In this document: in pieces, positions 19,289 to 26,138 of the stretch
How the letters are laid out: every line of letters starts with the position of its first letter
How positions within the stretch are numbered: the stretch's first letter is position 1
Source: a virus
Lineage: Duplodnaviria; Caudoviricetes
IMG/VR virus record: IMGVR_UViG_3300030372_001396
Span: 1 to 45,163 of that record
Length of the DNA: 45,163 nucleotides
Strand: one strand, 5' to 3'
The notes under the pieces: generated by a model
The model's input: only the letters and a program-made list of their open reading frames with translations
Told to the model about the DNA's origin: nothing
Database searches by the model: none
Translations under genes and position numbers: made by a program

Positions 19289-19646
19289 TTAACCATCTCC
19301 TTATCGGTTTTGTTATGTAATATAATCCTGTCTCAAAAGTCATATGACTTACTAGTATGTGATTGTATAGTATATTACCTGCTATGGCTATATCTTTACC
19401 ATCCTCTATCTTGTGTGTCATACTCCACACTTTATTCAATCGTATCCTGTATAGGAAATTACCCATACCAAATAACTCTACATTGTAATCATTCAGCTCC
19501 ATGTCCTCATGCGTGTGCATGTCTTTACCCTCTAACTGATTGTTTAGTTCTATGTTTACCAGATTTTCAATGGCTTTTGTTTTATTTCTTGGCTCCTTGA
19601 ATCTGTATTTTGTTTTTATGTTTTCAAACTCTTTACTTATATTCAT
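19275..19646 (-). CDS. Hypothetical protein
   Basis: 123 aa; AGGAG RBS; directly after promoter 19672-19700. Confidence 0.7.
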   Translation of the reverse strand: MNISKEFENIKTKYRFKEPRNKTKAIENLVNIELNNQLEGKDMHTHEDMELNDYNVELFGMGNFLYRIRLNKVWSMTHKIEDGKDIAIAGNILYNHILVSHMTFETGLYYITKPIRRWLNGTI

Positions 19647-19671
19647 TTGTTCTCCTGTTTTATTTATCTAT

Positions 19672-19700
19672 TATACTATGTAAACCAATAAAGGTTCCCA
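19672..19700 (-). promoter_or_regulatory. Early promoter, GGGAAC-N16 class
   Basis: TGGGAAC-N16-AGTATA. Confidence 0.75.
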
Positions 19701-19713
19701 ATTATTTTTAGGG

Positions 19714-19789
19714 TTGAACCTCTGGCCGTGTTTACCAACATGTTTTATCCACCACTCCGTGATAGACTAGGCCGCCACCAAAGGCTCAA
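19714..19789 (-). ncRNA. Stem-closed small RNA
   Basis: 12-bp stem UUGAGCCUUUGG/CCAGAGGUUCAA with two G-U pairs closing 52 nt; starts 3 nt after the large RNA. Confidence 0.5.
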
Positions 19790-19792
19790 TCA

Positions 19793-20307
19793 TTTGTTTA
19801 GGGTAAAGGTTCCAACTACCTTTACATCCCTCCCCTATGCGTGGTCTATATCAAGAGACTATCATCCTAGACATTGATAATTTTTTCGTAAGTAGTATTT
19901 TCAAACTACTATCACTCATTCGGTTTCAGCGTTGTTGTCTTATATTTTTTTGGGACAACGGTATCTCCATACCCGCATCTAGGTCTATCTCCTAACCCTC
20001 AACACTTTCCTCTTGGGCATCCCAACAATAATAAATTTGGCTGGTTTCACTCCAACTCTCCCCTATTATTGTTGTAGTAGGTGAGTCCTGTCCTTATCAA
20101 TGTATAGAGCATGTTGCATACTCTATGACTTCCTGAACATCTCTATCATTCTCAATCACATAGGAACTGCTACATCTTTTTTATATCTACATGTTTCTTA
20201 TGATATAATCAAATGCGAGAGCAACACTCCTCAGCCGTAGCCTAGTAGTCCAAGTGCAACCTATACCAGAGCAACCCTCCCAACTTCGCAACAAGTTCCT
20301 AAACAAA
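19793..20307 (-). ncRNA. Large (~515 nt) ornate structured non-coding RNA candidate
   Basis: ORF-free; closed by a perfect 10-bp stem; at least eight further nested helices; G-U pairs consistently indicate the - strand; own promoter upstream. Confidence 0.7.
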
Positions 20308-20323
20308 ATTTTCAAATATCTTT

Positions 20324-20397
20324 TATAACTCGGGTGCCTTCAACCCCTAATAGCCATATCGTTGTTTTAGTATATACATAGGCACACCCAAGTTATA
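20324..20397 (-). ncRNA. Stem-closed small RNA at the start of the ncRNA transcript
   Basis: UAUAACUUGGG(UG)UGCCU/AGGCACCCGAGUUAUA 16-bp stem with a 2-nt bulge and 40-nt loop; begins 7 nt after the -10 element. Confidence 0.55.
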
Positions 20398-20404
20398 TAT
20401 TACT

Positions 20405-20433
20405 TATACAAATCTAATCAATAAAAGTTCCCA
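20405..20433 (-). promoter_or_regulatory. Early promoter driving the ncRNA array
   Basis: TGGGAAC-N16-TGTATA; no RBS or ORF downstream for ~750 nt. Confidence 0.75.
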
Positions 20434-20444
20434 ATTATTTAAAA

Positions 20445-20587
20445 CTAGTGGGGGCTTCTGAATATAATAGCCATGTAATAAGTCGTAAGATATTCTCATT
20501 TTTCGTATCCTACATTTTCTCTTACTACTTACTACCCTGACTAACACTCTTTCGCAAAGAGTGGCGACAATATCCACCACCCCCAAG
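20445..20587 (-). ncRNA. Stem-closed ~140-nt structured element
   Basis: UGGGGGU/GCCCCCA closing stem; internal CACUCUUU/AAAGAGUG hairpin; shares 10-mers with neighbouring RNAs. Confidence 0.4.
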
Positions 20588-20603
20588 TCTTTATAAATCT
20601 ATC

Positions 20604-20795
20604 TTATATCAAAGGCGTTTTCTCATTTGGGAACATAGCATTTAATACTATTGTTCTATCTCTTTCATTTTCAAAAGATAATACTATGCAATGTTGGTTA
20701 TTGTTATATCTATCTGGCTCTCTTGTTGAATAATCAACATCATTATTTTCATCAAAATAAATATATTCAATACACTTTTCATTATCTTTTACCAT
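20604..20795 (-). CDS. Hypothetical protein
   Basis: 63 aa; overlaps the upstream stop. Confidence 0.6.
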   Translation of the reverse strand: MVKDNEKCIEYIYFDENNDVDYSTREPDRYNNNQHCIVLSFENERDRTIVLNAMFPNEKTPLI

Positions 20796-21295
20796 GGCCT
20801 ACCTGTGTCAATGGTATACAGCAACTTGCTGTTATCATCCCAAGTCCTACCGCCTACGGTCCTGAATGACATAGTCCCATGATTATAACTCATGATAAAC
20901 TTGTCCTTGAATGTTGCAAGTTTATACCCTCCATCACTCGGCAAATCTTTGTTGATGCTATCAACCTTGATGCATCCAATACTACCGCTGTCCACATCAA
21001 TACCCCCAACTCTATTACCTGCTGGGCTTTTGATTGCATACCTTCCATCTCCATGTGCGGTGCCATAAATACTTATACTTCTATTGTCTGCAAGTTTTAG
21101 TTTACCTGACAACTGTATTGACTGAATCCAACTTGGATAGTCAACACCTTTACTGCCTGAGAATGGGAAAGTTAAATCACATACCTCACTCCATGCGTTG
21201 TCAATTACATAGCATAAATCTCCAATGTAATATCTACCTGCATCCATCATTTCTACTTCTTGTTCTTTATGTTTACTTTTAAATTGTATTTTCAT
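20789..21295 (-). CDS. Conserved phage hypothetical protein
   Basis: GRYYIGDLCYV...TAHGDGRY...VDSGSIGCI motif family; AAGGAG RBS. Confidence 0.8.
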   Translation of the reverse strand: MKIQFKSKHKEQEVEMMDAGRYYIGDLCYVIDNAWSEVCDLTFPFSGSKGVDYPSWIQSIQLSGKLKLADNRSISIYGTAHGDGRYAIKSPAGNRVGGIDVDSGSIGCIKVDSINKDLPSDGGYKLATFKDKFIMSYNHGTMSFRTVGGRTWDDNSKLLYTIDTGRPW

Positions 21296-21324
21296 AATGC
21301 TCCTTTGTTTTGTTATCTGTCCTT

Positions 21325-21358
21325 TAAATGTGGGAACTCAAATAAAGTTCCCACATTT
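21325..21358 (-). promoter_or_regulatory. Early promoter within a 13-bp-arm palindrome
   Basis: TGGGAAC-N16-CATTTA; AAATGTGGGAACT-N7-AGTTCCCACATTT. Confidence 0.75.
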
Positions 21359-21386
21359 CCACTTAACAAACAACAATTAATTTATT

Positions 21387-21836
21387 CTACCAACTACAAA
21401 TATAGTAGACTGCTTTGCCACTTTCAAATCTATCTCGTGCATACTCAATAAATTTTAAGTCCTGCTCTCTGTAATACTTGGCACTATCCTCCTGTGATTG
21501 ATGTCCCCAGAAGAAACCACCATCACAAAAATAGTCCATGTATCCATTGTTTACTGCCTTCTCTAATGAGTCAATGTCCTGTGGTTTCAATCTGATTCTG
21601 TTTGTCTTACCAAACTCTATCGGATACCATTCGTCATTGCCTCTGTCATACCATTTGTTTTTGATTCTCTTTCTTTTCATGTAAAGTCTTGTCATAAACT
21701 CCTGTAATCGTGCGTGTTTTCTCCACTCAAACGGCCCTACATTTGTCCATTTGTGAGTGCTTTTCTCTCCTTCTTTGTTTGTAAACTCATACTTATATTC
21801 ATGTTTTAGTTTACCTGCATTCTGGTCTAATCCCAT
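21387..21836 (-). CDS. Conserved phage early protein (MGLDQ...WRKH family)
   Basis: MGLDQ, WRKHARLQxFM, GFFWG, DLKFI and VYYxCSW motifs; GGAGG RBS. Confidence 0.8.
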   Translation of the reverse strand: MGLDQNAGKLKHEYKYEFTNKEGEKSTHKWTNVGPFEWRKHARLQEFMTRLYMKRKRIKNKWYDRGNDEWYPIEFGKTNRIRLKPQDIDSLEKAVNNGYMDYFCDGGFFWGHQSQEDSAKYYREQDLKFIEYARDRFESGKAVYYICSW

Positions 21837-22063
21837 TATATTCCTCCTGTTATTTGTTCCATATCACTATGTAAGCATAAGACTTGTATCTCGTCTGTGC
21901 TACATCCTTCACAAAAATATCTGCTGTCATCAATGTAATCTGAGAGTTCATCCGTGTTTATATATGTCCAACTTTGTTGTTGGACCTTATCACTGAAACA
22001 CTCTTTACATATATAACTTGCATCATTTTTTTCTGCTTGTTTTAAGTTTGTTATCTTGTTCAT
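21836..22063 (-). CDS. Zinc-ribbon protein
   Basis: CKEC...CEGC; start moved to MNKIT after AAGGAG. Confidence 0.7.
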   Translation of the reverse strand: MNKITNLKQAEKNDASYICKECFSDKVQQQSWTYINTDELSDYIDDSRYFCEGCSTDEIQVLCLHSDMEQITGGI

Positions 22064-22311
22064 TATACTCCTTTGTTTGTTATTTGTTCCCATACTTTTT
22101 TATCTCATCATCTACTTCACTTAACTTATGTTTAAACTGTTCCTCTAAATCTTCCCAGTCTGGTAAAAGATAAGTTTTACCTTCATCATCTGTTCTTTTC
22201 TCGCACCAAACTTCAATTTTTATTTCATAATTAATCTTATGTTTATCATAAGTATTAACAGTCAGTTCATTTATCTTGCTCACTTATACTCCTTTGTTTG
22301 TTATTTGTTCC
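22063..22311. repeat. 28-bp perfect direct repeat at gene junctions (22063-22090 and 22284-22311)
   Basis: TTATACTCCTTTGTTTGTTATTTGTTCC in both copies; spans the stop codon and RBS; similarity extends into the first codons. Confidence 0.85.
22080..22283 (-). CDS. Hypothetical protein
   Basis: 67 aa; GTG start after AAGGAG. Confidence 0.65.
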   Translation of the reverse strand: MSKINELTVNTYDKHKINYEIKIEVWCEKRTDDEGKTYLLPDWEDLEEQFKHKLSEVDDEIKKYGNK

Positions 22312-22537
22312 GTATTATTTTATAATGTTTTTTAAACGGTCCTTCTTTTACCTTTACATTATATCCTAATTCTCTAAATTGTTTTAACATCTCTTGCATT
22401 AAGGAATTATAATCACCCTTCTGCACTTTCATTGTTATGTATTCTTGTTCATGAGCTTCTACTTTATCTTCCAACTCTCTTGTGTATTCGTCATGCTCAT
22501 CTTGTGTCATCATTTTAAAAACATCTTCTCTGCTCAT
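22301..22537 (-). CDS. Hypothetical protein
   Basis: 78 aa; AAGGAG RBS. Confidence 0.65.
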   Translation of the reverse strand: MSREDVFKMMTQDEHDEYTRELEDKVEAHEQEYITMKVQKGDYNSLMQEMLKQFRELGYNVKVKEGPFKKHYKIIRNK

Positions 22538-22740
22538 TTGTTCTCCTTTTCAAATAATATTAAACCTACTTCTTGCACTTCAAATTCATCTTCATCTTCT
22601 GGCATATTACCATCTGCTATTCTTTGTTTATTATATTGTTCTAGCCACTTATCAAAGTTGTCTGTTGTAGCTTCATAAGTCATACTATTATCGTAATTAT
22701 AATAAATATTAAATAGTTTTATTTCCTTTGCATAGTTCAT
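22534..22740 (-). CDS. Hypothetical acidic protein
   Basis: 68 aa; AAGGAG RBS. Confidence 0.65.
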   Translation of the reverse strand: MNYAKEIKLFNIYYNYDNSMTYEATTDNFDKWLEQYNKQRIADGNMPEDEDEFEVQEVGLILFEKENK

Positions 22741-23030
22741 TTGTTCTCCTTTGTTTGTTCACTTCTCAGCATGTTATTCATTGACTGCACCACATAATAC
22801 AGCTCTCTCTTTGTCATCCTGTAATAAGTTATTTCTCTTGCTCCTCCGCCTTCGTTAACTATTTGTTCTAACTTACAGCCCCCATACGCTTGGCTAATAT
22901 AATAGCACCCTACATTAGAACTATATTTTCCGTCTTCTTTCTTTGTGTAGCTTTCTTGTGGCTGTCCTGTGAACTCGTTTAAGATGTCCACTTGGTTTTG
23001 TATGTGTTTAATCGTTATTCTGTTGTTCAT
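22737..23030 (-). CDS. Conserved phage hypothetical protein
   Basis: RITxKxI...N.G.YYISQAYGG..L....NEGGG...TKRELY motif. Confidence 0.75.
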   Translation of the reverse strand: MNNRITIKHIQNQVDILNEFTGQPQESYTKKEDGKYSSNVGCYYISQAYGGCKLEQIVNEGGGAREITYYRMTKRELYYVVQSMNNMLRSEQTKENK

Positions 23031-23061
23031 TATTTGTCCTTTGTTTGTTTGTTATACTCTA

Positions 23062-23090
23062 TAAACGCTGGGAACTCGTGAAAGTTCCCA
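23062..23090 (-). promoter_or_regulatory. Early promoter, GGGAAC-N16 class (palindromic)
   Basis: TGGGAAC-N16-CGTTTA; TGGGAACT-N6-AGTTCCCA. Confidence 0.8.
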
Positions 23091-23104
23091 ACTATTTATT
23101 TTAT

Positions 23105-23533
23105 TTAGTTTCTTTTGTGTTCGTCCTCGTCTTGTTTTACTATCATCTCATCGTAGTTCTTATCATCGTCTCGTGGATTCAGACTGTTGAACTCGCCGTG
23201 TTCGTATTCTAAGTCCTCGTCATACATGATAAGTTCATTTAATATTCTACTGACCAAAGCTTCTACACTATTTCCAAATTGATTTGACCTGTTGTAAAAT
23301 CGTAATGTATCCTCAAACGCTTGAAGATTCATATCTTGTATATTTCCTGTGCTAAATGGGGCGTTTCCGAATTTTTCTTTGGTCTCGTATTTTCCATCGT
23401 GCCAGTCTTTATCTTTATTCATTTTCATTCTGTAATCTGCAAATGTTGATAATTCATTTTTTATCTTTAATAGTAAATGCTCACTATTTGATAATGTAAT
23501 TTCTTTTCCGTTTGCTAATTTAACCTTTTTCAT
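23105..23533 (-). CDS. Hypothetical protein
   Basis: Start moved to MKKVK after AAGGAG; acidic C-terminus. Confidence 0.7.
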   Translation of the reverse strand: MKKVKLANGKEITLSNSEHLLLKIKNELSTFADYRMKMNKDKDWHDGKYETKEKFGNAPFSTGNIQDMNLQAFEDTLRFYNRSNQFGNSVEALVSRILNELIMYDEDLEYEHGEFNSLNPRDDDKNYDEMIVKQDEDEHKRN

Positions 23534-23563
23534 TGTTGCTCCTTTGTTTGTTGTTATATCATA

Positions 23564-23592
23564 TAAACGGCGGAAACCTTGAAAAGTTCCCG
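23564..23592 (-). promoter_or_regulatory. Early promoter, GGGAAC-N16 class
   Basis: CGGGAAC-N16-CGTTTA; imperfect palindrome. Confidence 0.8.
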
Positions 23593-23604
23593 CCAATTAT
23601 ATTT

Positions 23605-23892
23605 TTATATATATGTCCCTATGAACTTGTGAGAGTGGTTTATATTTACTTCTCTCTTATATTCATCCATTGCCATGCTGATGGCTCTTTGTCTGTCCCT
23701 TGTTAAATATCTATCTCCTTTGGTCATTGGGAATTTGACGCCGTTAAGTCTCACAATTAATCCATTGTCTTGGCTCAAATATTGTCCTTGCATGGTGCGG
23801 ACCTTCTTAATTTTCAGGGCCTGTAATCTTGCCCCATGTTTTTTATATAGTGTTCTAATTACTTTCTTTTCTTTCTTTGTTAAGTTTGCCAT
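23605..23892 (-). CDS. Hypothetical basic protein
   Basis: Start moved to MANLT after GGAGG. Confidence 0.7.
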   Translation of the reverse strand: MANLTKKEKKVIRTLYKKHGARLQALKIKKVRTMQGQYLSQDNGLIVRLNGVKFPMTKGDRYLTRDRQRAISMAMDEYKREVNINHSHKFIGTYI

Positions 23893-23928
23893 GTGGCCTC
23901 CTGTTCGTTTGTTAAATTTCATACTATA

Positions 23929-23957
23929 TATACTGGGTAAATCTGGGAATGTTCCCA
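23929..23957 (-). promoter_or_regulatory. Early promoter, GGGAAC-N16 class
   Basis: TGGGAAC-N16-AGTATA; TGGGAA/TTCCCA palindrome. Confidence 0.75.
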
Positions 23958-24097
23958 AAATAATTAAATTAATTTATTTCTATGACGACAAAATCCCATA
24001 CTGATAGCAAAGCCCCATTATAATTAGTTTTTAATGCTAACTTATGACCAAATGAGAAAACGCCGTAAAGGGCCAAAATAACGCCAAATAAGGCCTA

Positions 24098-24267
24098 TGT
24101 GTATAAGTTGTGGATATGTGTATAACTTGTGTATAACTATTAGACTGTGGATAACTTGTGGATAACTATTTTTATTATATTAATGGGAACTTTTAAAGCC
24201 CTATGGCATATATATAGTATGAACACAAGCGATAACAACCAGAACAATGTTAATAACTTGTGGATAA
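24098..24267. other. oriC-like cluster of DnaA boxes (putative replication origin)
   Basis: TGTGGATAA at 24146, 24157, 24259; TGTGTATAA at 24098, 24117, 24128; 1-mismatch box at 24109; all co-oriented, at the divergent strand switch. Confidence 0.8.
24184..24212 (+). promoter_or_regulatory. Early promoter, GGGAAC-N16 class (only + strand copy)
   Basis: TGGGAAC-N16-CATATA, between DnaA boxes. Confidence 0.7.
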
Positions 24268-24293
24268 CTTTAATTAAAAACAAAGGATATAAA

Positions 24294-24545
24294 ATGAGAA
24301 AAACACTAACAAACGCAAAGAAAGTAATTGAATTTAGAATTAAAGAAGAACAGGCAAGAATCAAAGAAGCAAGAGCAAACATGAAAAAGTTTGACAATGG
24401 AACAAACGCTTATGAGGAGGCAAGAATTATTTTCGGTGCATCTCTTCAATGGGAATCTTGTCTTAGAACTTTATTGGAGCAGGACTTATCAGATTTTAAC
24501 ATGAAATATTTTGATGAGTTGAATGAACATAAAAGTAAATTCTAA
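24294..24545 (+). CDS. Hypothetical helical protein adjacent to the origin
   Basis: ACAAAGGA RBS, ATG 24294, own promoter and terminator; the 24147 extension only reads through DnaA boxes. Confidence 0.7.
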   Translation: MRKTLTNAKKVIEFRIKEEQARIKEARANMKKFDNGTNAYEEARIIFGASLQWESCLRTLLEQDLSDFNMKYFDELNEHKSKF

Positions 24546-24563
24546 GTAGTCAGTTTTCAATCT

Positions 24564-24595
24564 GGGTTGGGGTTTTCAGAATCTCAACCCTTTTT
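24564..24595 (+). terminator. Rho-independent terminator
   Basis: GGGTTGGGGTT/AATCTCAACCC stem followed by TTTTT. Confidence 0.75.
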
Positions 24596-24688
24596 GGAAT
24601 TTCCAACCACCCGCACGGGCGGGGGGTCTTCGCAATAAAAGAACGACACACATAATCCTAAAATTTTTTTGGGAAATTTTTTTCCGAT

Positions 24689-24806
24689 AGGGTTCCCGAG
24701 TATTAGGGTCCCTAATATTAGAGGGGGGGTTAGGGTTCCCAAATAAGGTTACCCTAATAAGAATACCTTAATAAGGTTTCCTTAATAGGGTAATACCTTA
24801 ATAAGC
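24689..24806. repeat. Cluster of short quasi-palindromic repeats (CCYTAATAWGG-like)
   Basis: About six variants: CCTAATATTAG, CCAAATAAGG, CCTAATAAG, CCTTAATAAGG, CCTTAATAGGG, CCTTAATAAG. Confidence 0.7.
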
Positions 24807-24890
24807 CTTCCAAAAGAGGTCTTTTAAGATAAGACATTTAAAGGGGATAGTCAAGAAATACTTTGTTTATGACACAAATAAATTTAATTC

Positions 24891-24928
24891 TTGTATTTAT
24901 AAACAAATTGTGTATAAATTGTGGATAA
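24891..24928 (+). promoter_or_regulatory. sigma70-like promoter overlapped by a DnaA-box pair
   Basis: TTGTAT-N18-TAAATT; TGTGTATAA at 24909 and TGTGGATAA at 24920. Confidence 0.6.
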
Positions 24929-24950
24929 CTTAATCACAAACGGAGAACCA

Positions 24951-25184
24951 ATGGCAAAGAAAAAAGAAAAAAATTTACTAACATTAAACTATGGTGGGCA
25001 AGAATATAAGTTTGAACTTGAATCTTTATCACTTGAGGGGAAAGCTCATTACCACAGAGCTAATGAAGTGGCCGCAGAGTTATTAAGATTAGAGCAACAG
25101 GTTGCTGAAAAGAAATGGTTAACAGGTAAATACCTTTCTTTTATTGCATCAGAGTTAGACGATAAAGATAAAGATAAAAAATAA
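24951..25184 (+). CDS. Hypothetical protein
   Basis: GGAG RBS and ATG at 24951. Confidence 0.7.
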   Translation: MAKKKEKNLLTLNYGGQEYKFELESLSLEGKAHYHRANEVAAELLRLEQQVAEKKWLTGKYLSFIASELDDKDKDKK

Positions 25185-25387
25185 TGGAGTTAGTAAACGG
25201 TTTACAAAAAGCTAAGAAGTTAGTAAAAAGATTAAAAGATGCTGACATACTATCACCTGACCCTTTAGCACTAGAGTGGGTTATTGAACTATTTGAAACA
25301 ATAGAACAAATAGATACCCCTGAATTAATAGAGGGACAGGATATGGCTTTTACCTTTACAGATGATGGCGAAAAAATTAAAGCTTAA
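25184..25387 (+). CDS. Hypothetical protein
   Basis: 67 aa; TAATG coupling. Confidence 0.65.
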   Translation: MELVNGLQKAKKLVKRLKDADILSPDPLALEWVIELFETIEQIDTPELIEGQDMAFTFTDDGEKIKA

Positions 25388-26138
25388 AAGAGGAATAGTA
25401 TTTCCAGACATTCATTTTCCTCTTCACGATGAGAAAGCACTGTCCTGTGCATTGCAAGCAGTTAAGATAGTTAAACCAGATATTTACATTAACATTGGTG
25501 ATGTAGGTGAATGGCATAACTTTTCTGCCTGGAAGTATAAAGGAAAGAAACTTCCTTCTTTAGAATACCAAATACCATATTGTGAACAAGACATTGCTGA
25601 TGTCAATGCAGGTTTAGATATGATAGATGATGTTATGTCTAAAGAAAAAGTAAAAGAAAAGTATATGTTGCAAGGTAATCATGAGTTGTGGATGGACAAC
25701 TTTGTAGAAAAATATCCTTATATGTCTGATTATACTTTTCCTAAAGCATGTTATTTAAAAGAACGAGGGTACAAATATTATGAATACAACCTTCCATTAA
25801 AGATAGGGAAGATAAATTTTATACACGGTACCTACGCAACTACTTACCATGCTAAAAAACATCTTGAAACATACGGAGCCAATATCATGTATGGACATAC
25901 TCACGATGTTCAACGACATACTTTAACTAAATTAGACGCAGGAACCATTGGAGCTTGGGGAATAGGATGTCTTAAAGATATGTCAAGAGATAAAAACAAG
26001 TGGTTGCGTGGCCGCTTACATAATTGGAATCATGCTTTCAGCATTATTACTTGGTTTCCTAATGGCAACTTTCAAGTTGAAGTAATTGAAATTGTTAATG
26101 GGAAGTGTATCGTATGGGGTAATGTTGTTGAAGGCTAA
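25362..26138 (+). CDS. Calcineurin-like metallophosphoesterase
   Basis: DIH, GD, GNHE, HG and GHTH motifs in order. Confidence 0.9.
   Translation: MMAKKLKLKRGIVFPDIHFPLHDEKALSCALQAVKIVKPDIYINIGDVGEWHNFSAWKYKGKKLPSLEYQIPYCEQDIADVNAGLDMIDDVMSKEKVKEKYMLQGNHELWMDNFVEKYPYMSDYTFPKACYLKERGYKYYEYNLPLKIGKINFIHGTYATTYHAKKHLETYGANIMYGHTHDVQRHTLTKLDAGTIGAWGIGCLKDMSRDKNKWLRGRLHNWNHAFSIITWFPNGNFQVEVIEIVNGKCIVWGNVVEG

Noticed and set aside
20001-20015. GAGGAAAGU on the minus strand resembles the RNase P RNA CR-I motif
   Set aside because: It lies mid-molecule and its partner (AACGCU) forms a simple nested helix rather than the P4 pseudoknot. Other RNase P conserved regions were not seen
20404-20586. 60-aa minus-strand ORF
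   Set aside because: Non-ATG start, no RBS, runs through a promoter and a structured element
21387-21836. Metabolic 'phosphoglycerate kinase' label often attached to this family
   Set aside because: 149 aa with no PGK motifs; treated as a conserved hypothetical protein
17316-24293. Several ORF-track proteins beginning with or containing MGTF/MAGTF as a shared N-terminal motif
   Set aside because: Artefact of translating the TGGGAAC promoter motif; real starts follow downstream RBSs
24098-24806. Short repeats as a CRISPR or mini-array
   Set aside because: Units are 9-11 bp without regular unique spacers; better explained as DnaA boxes and protein-binding palindromes
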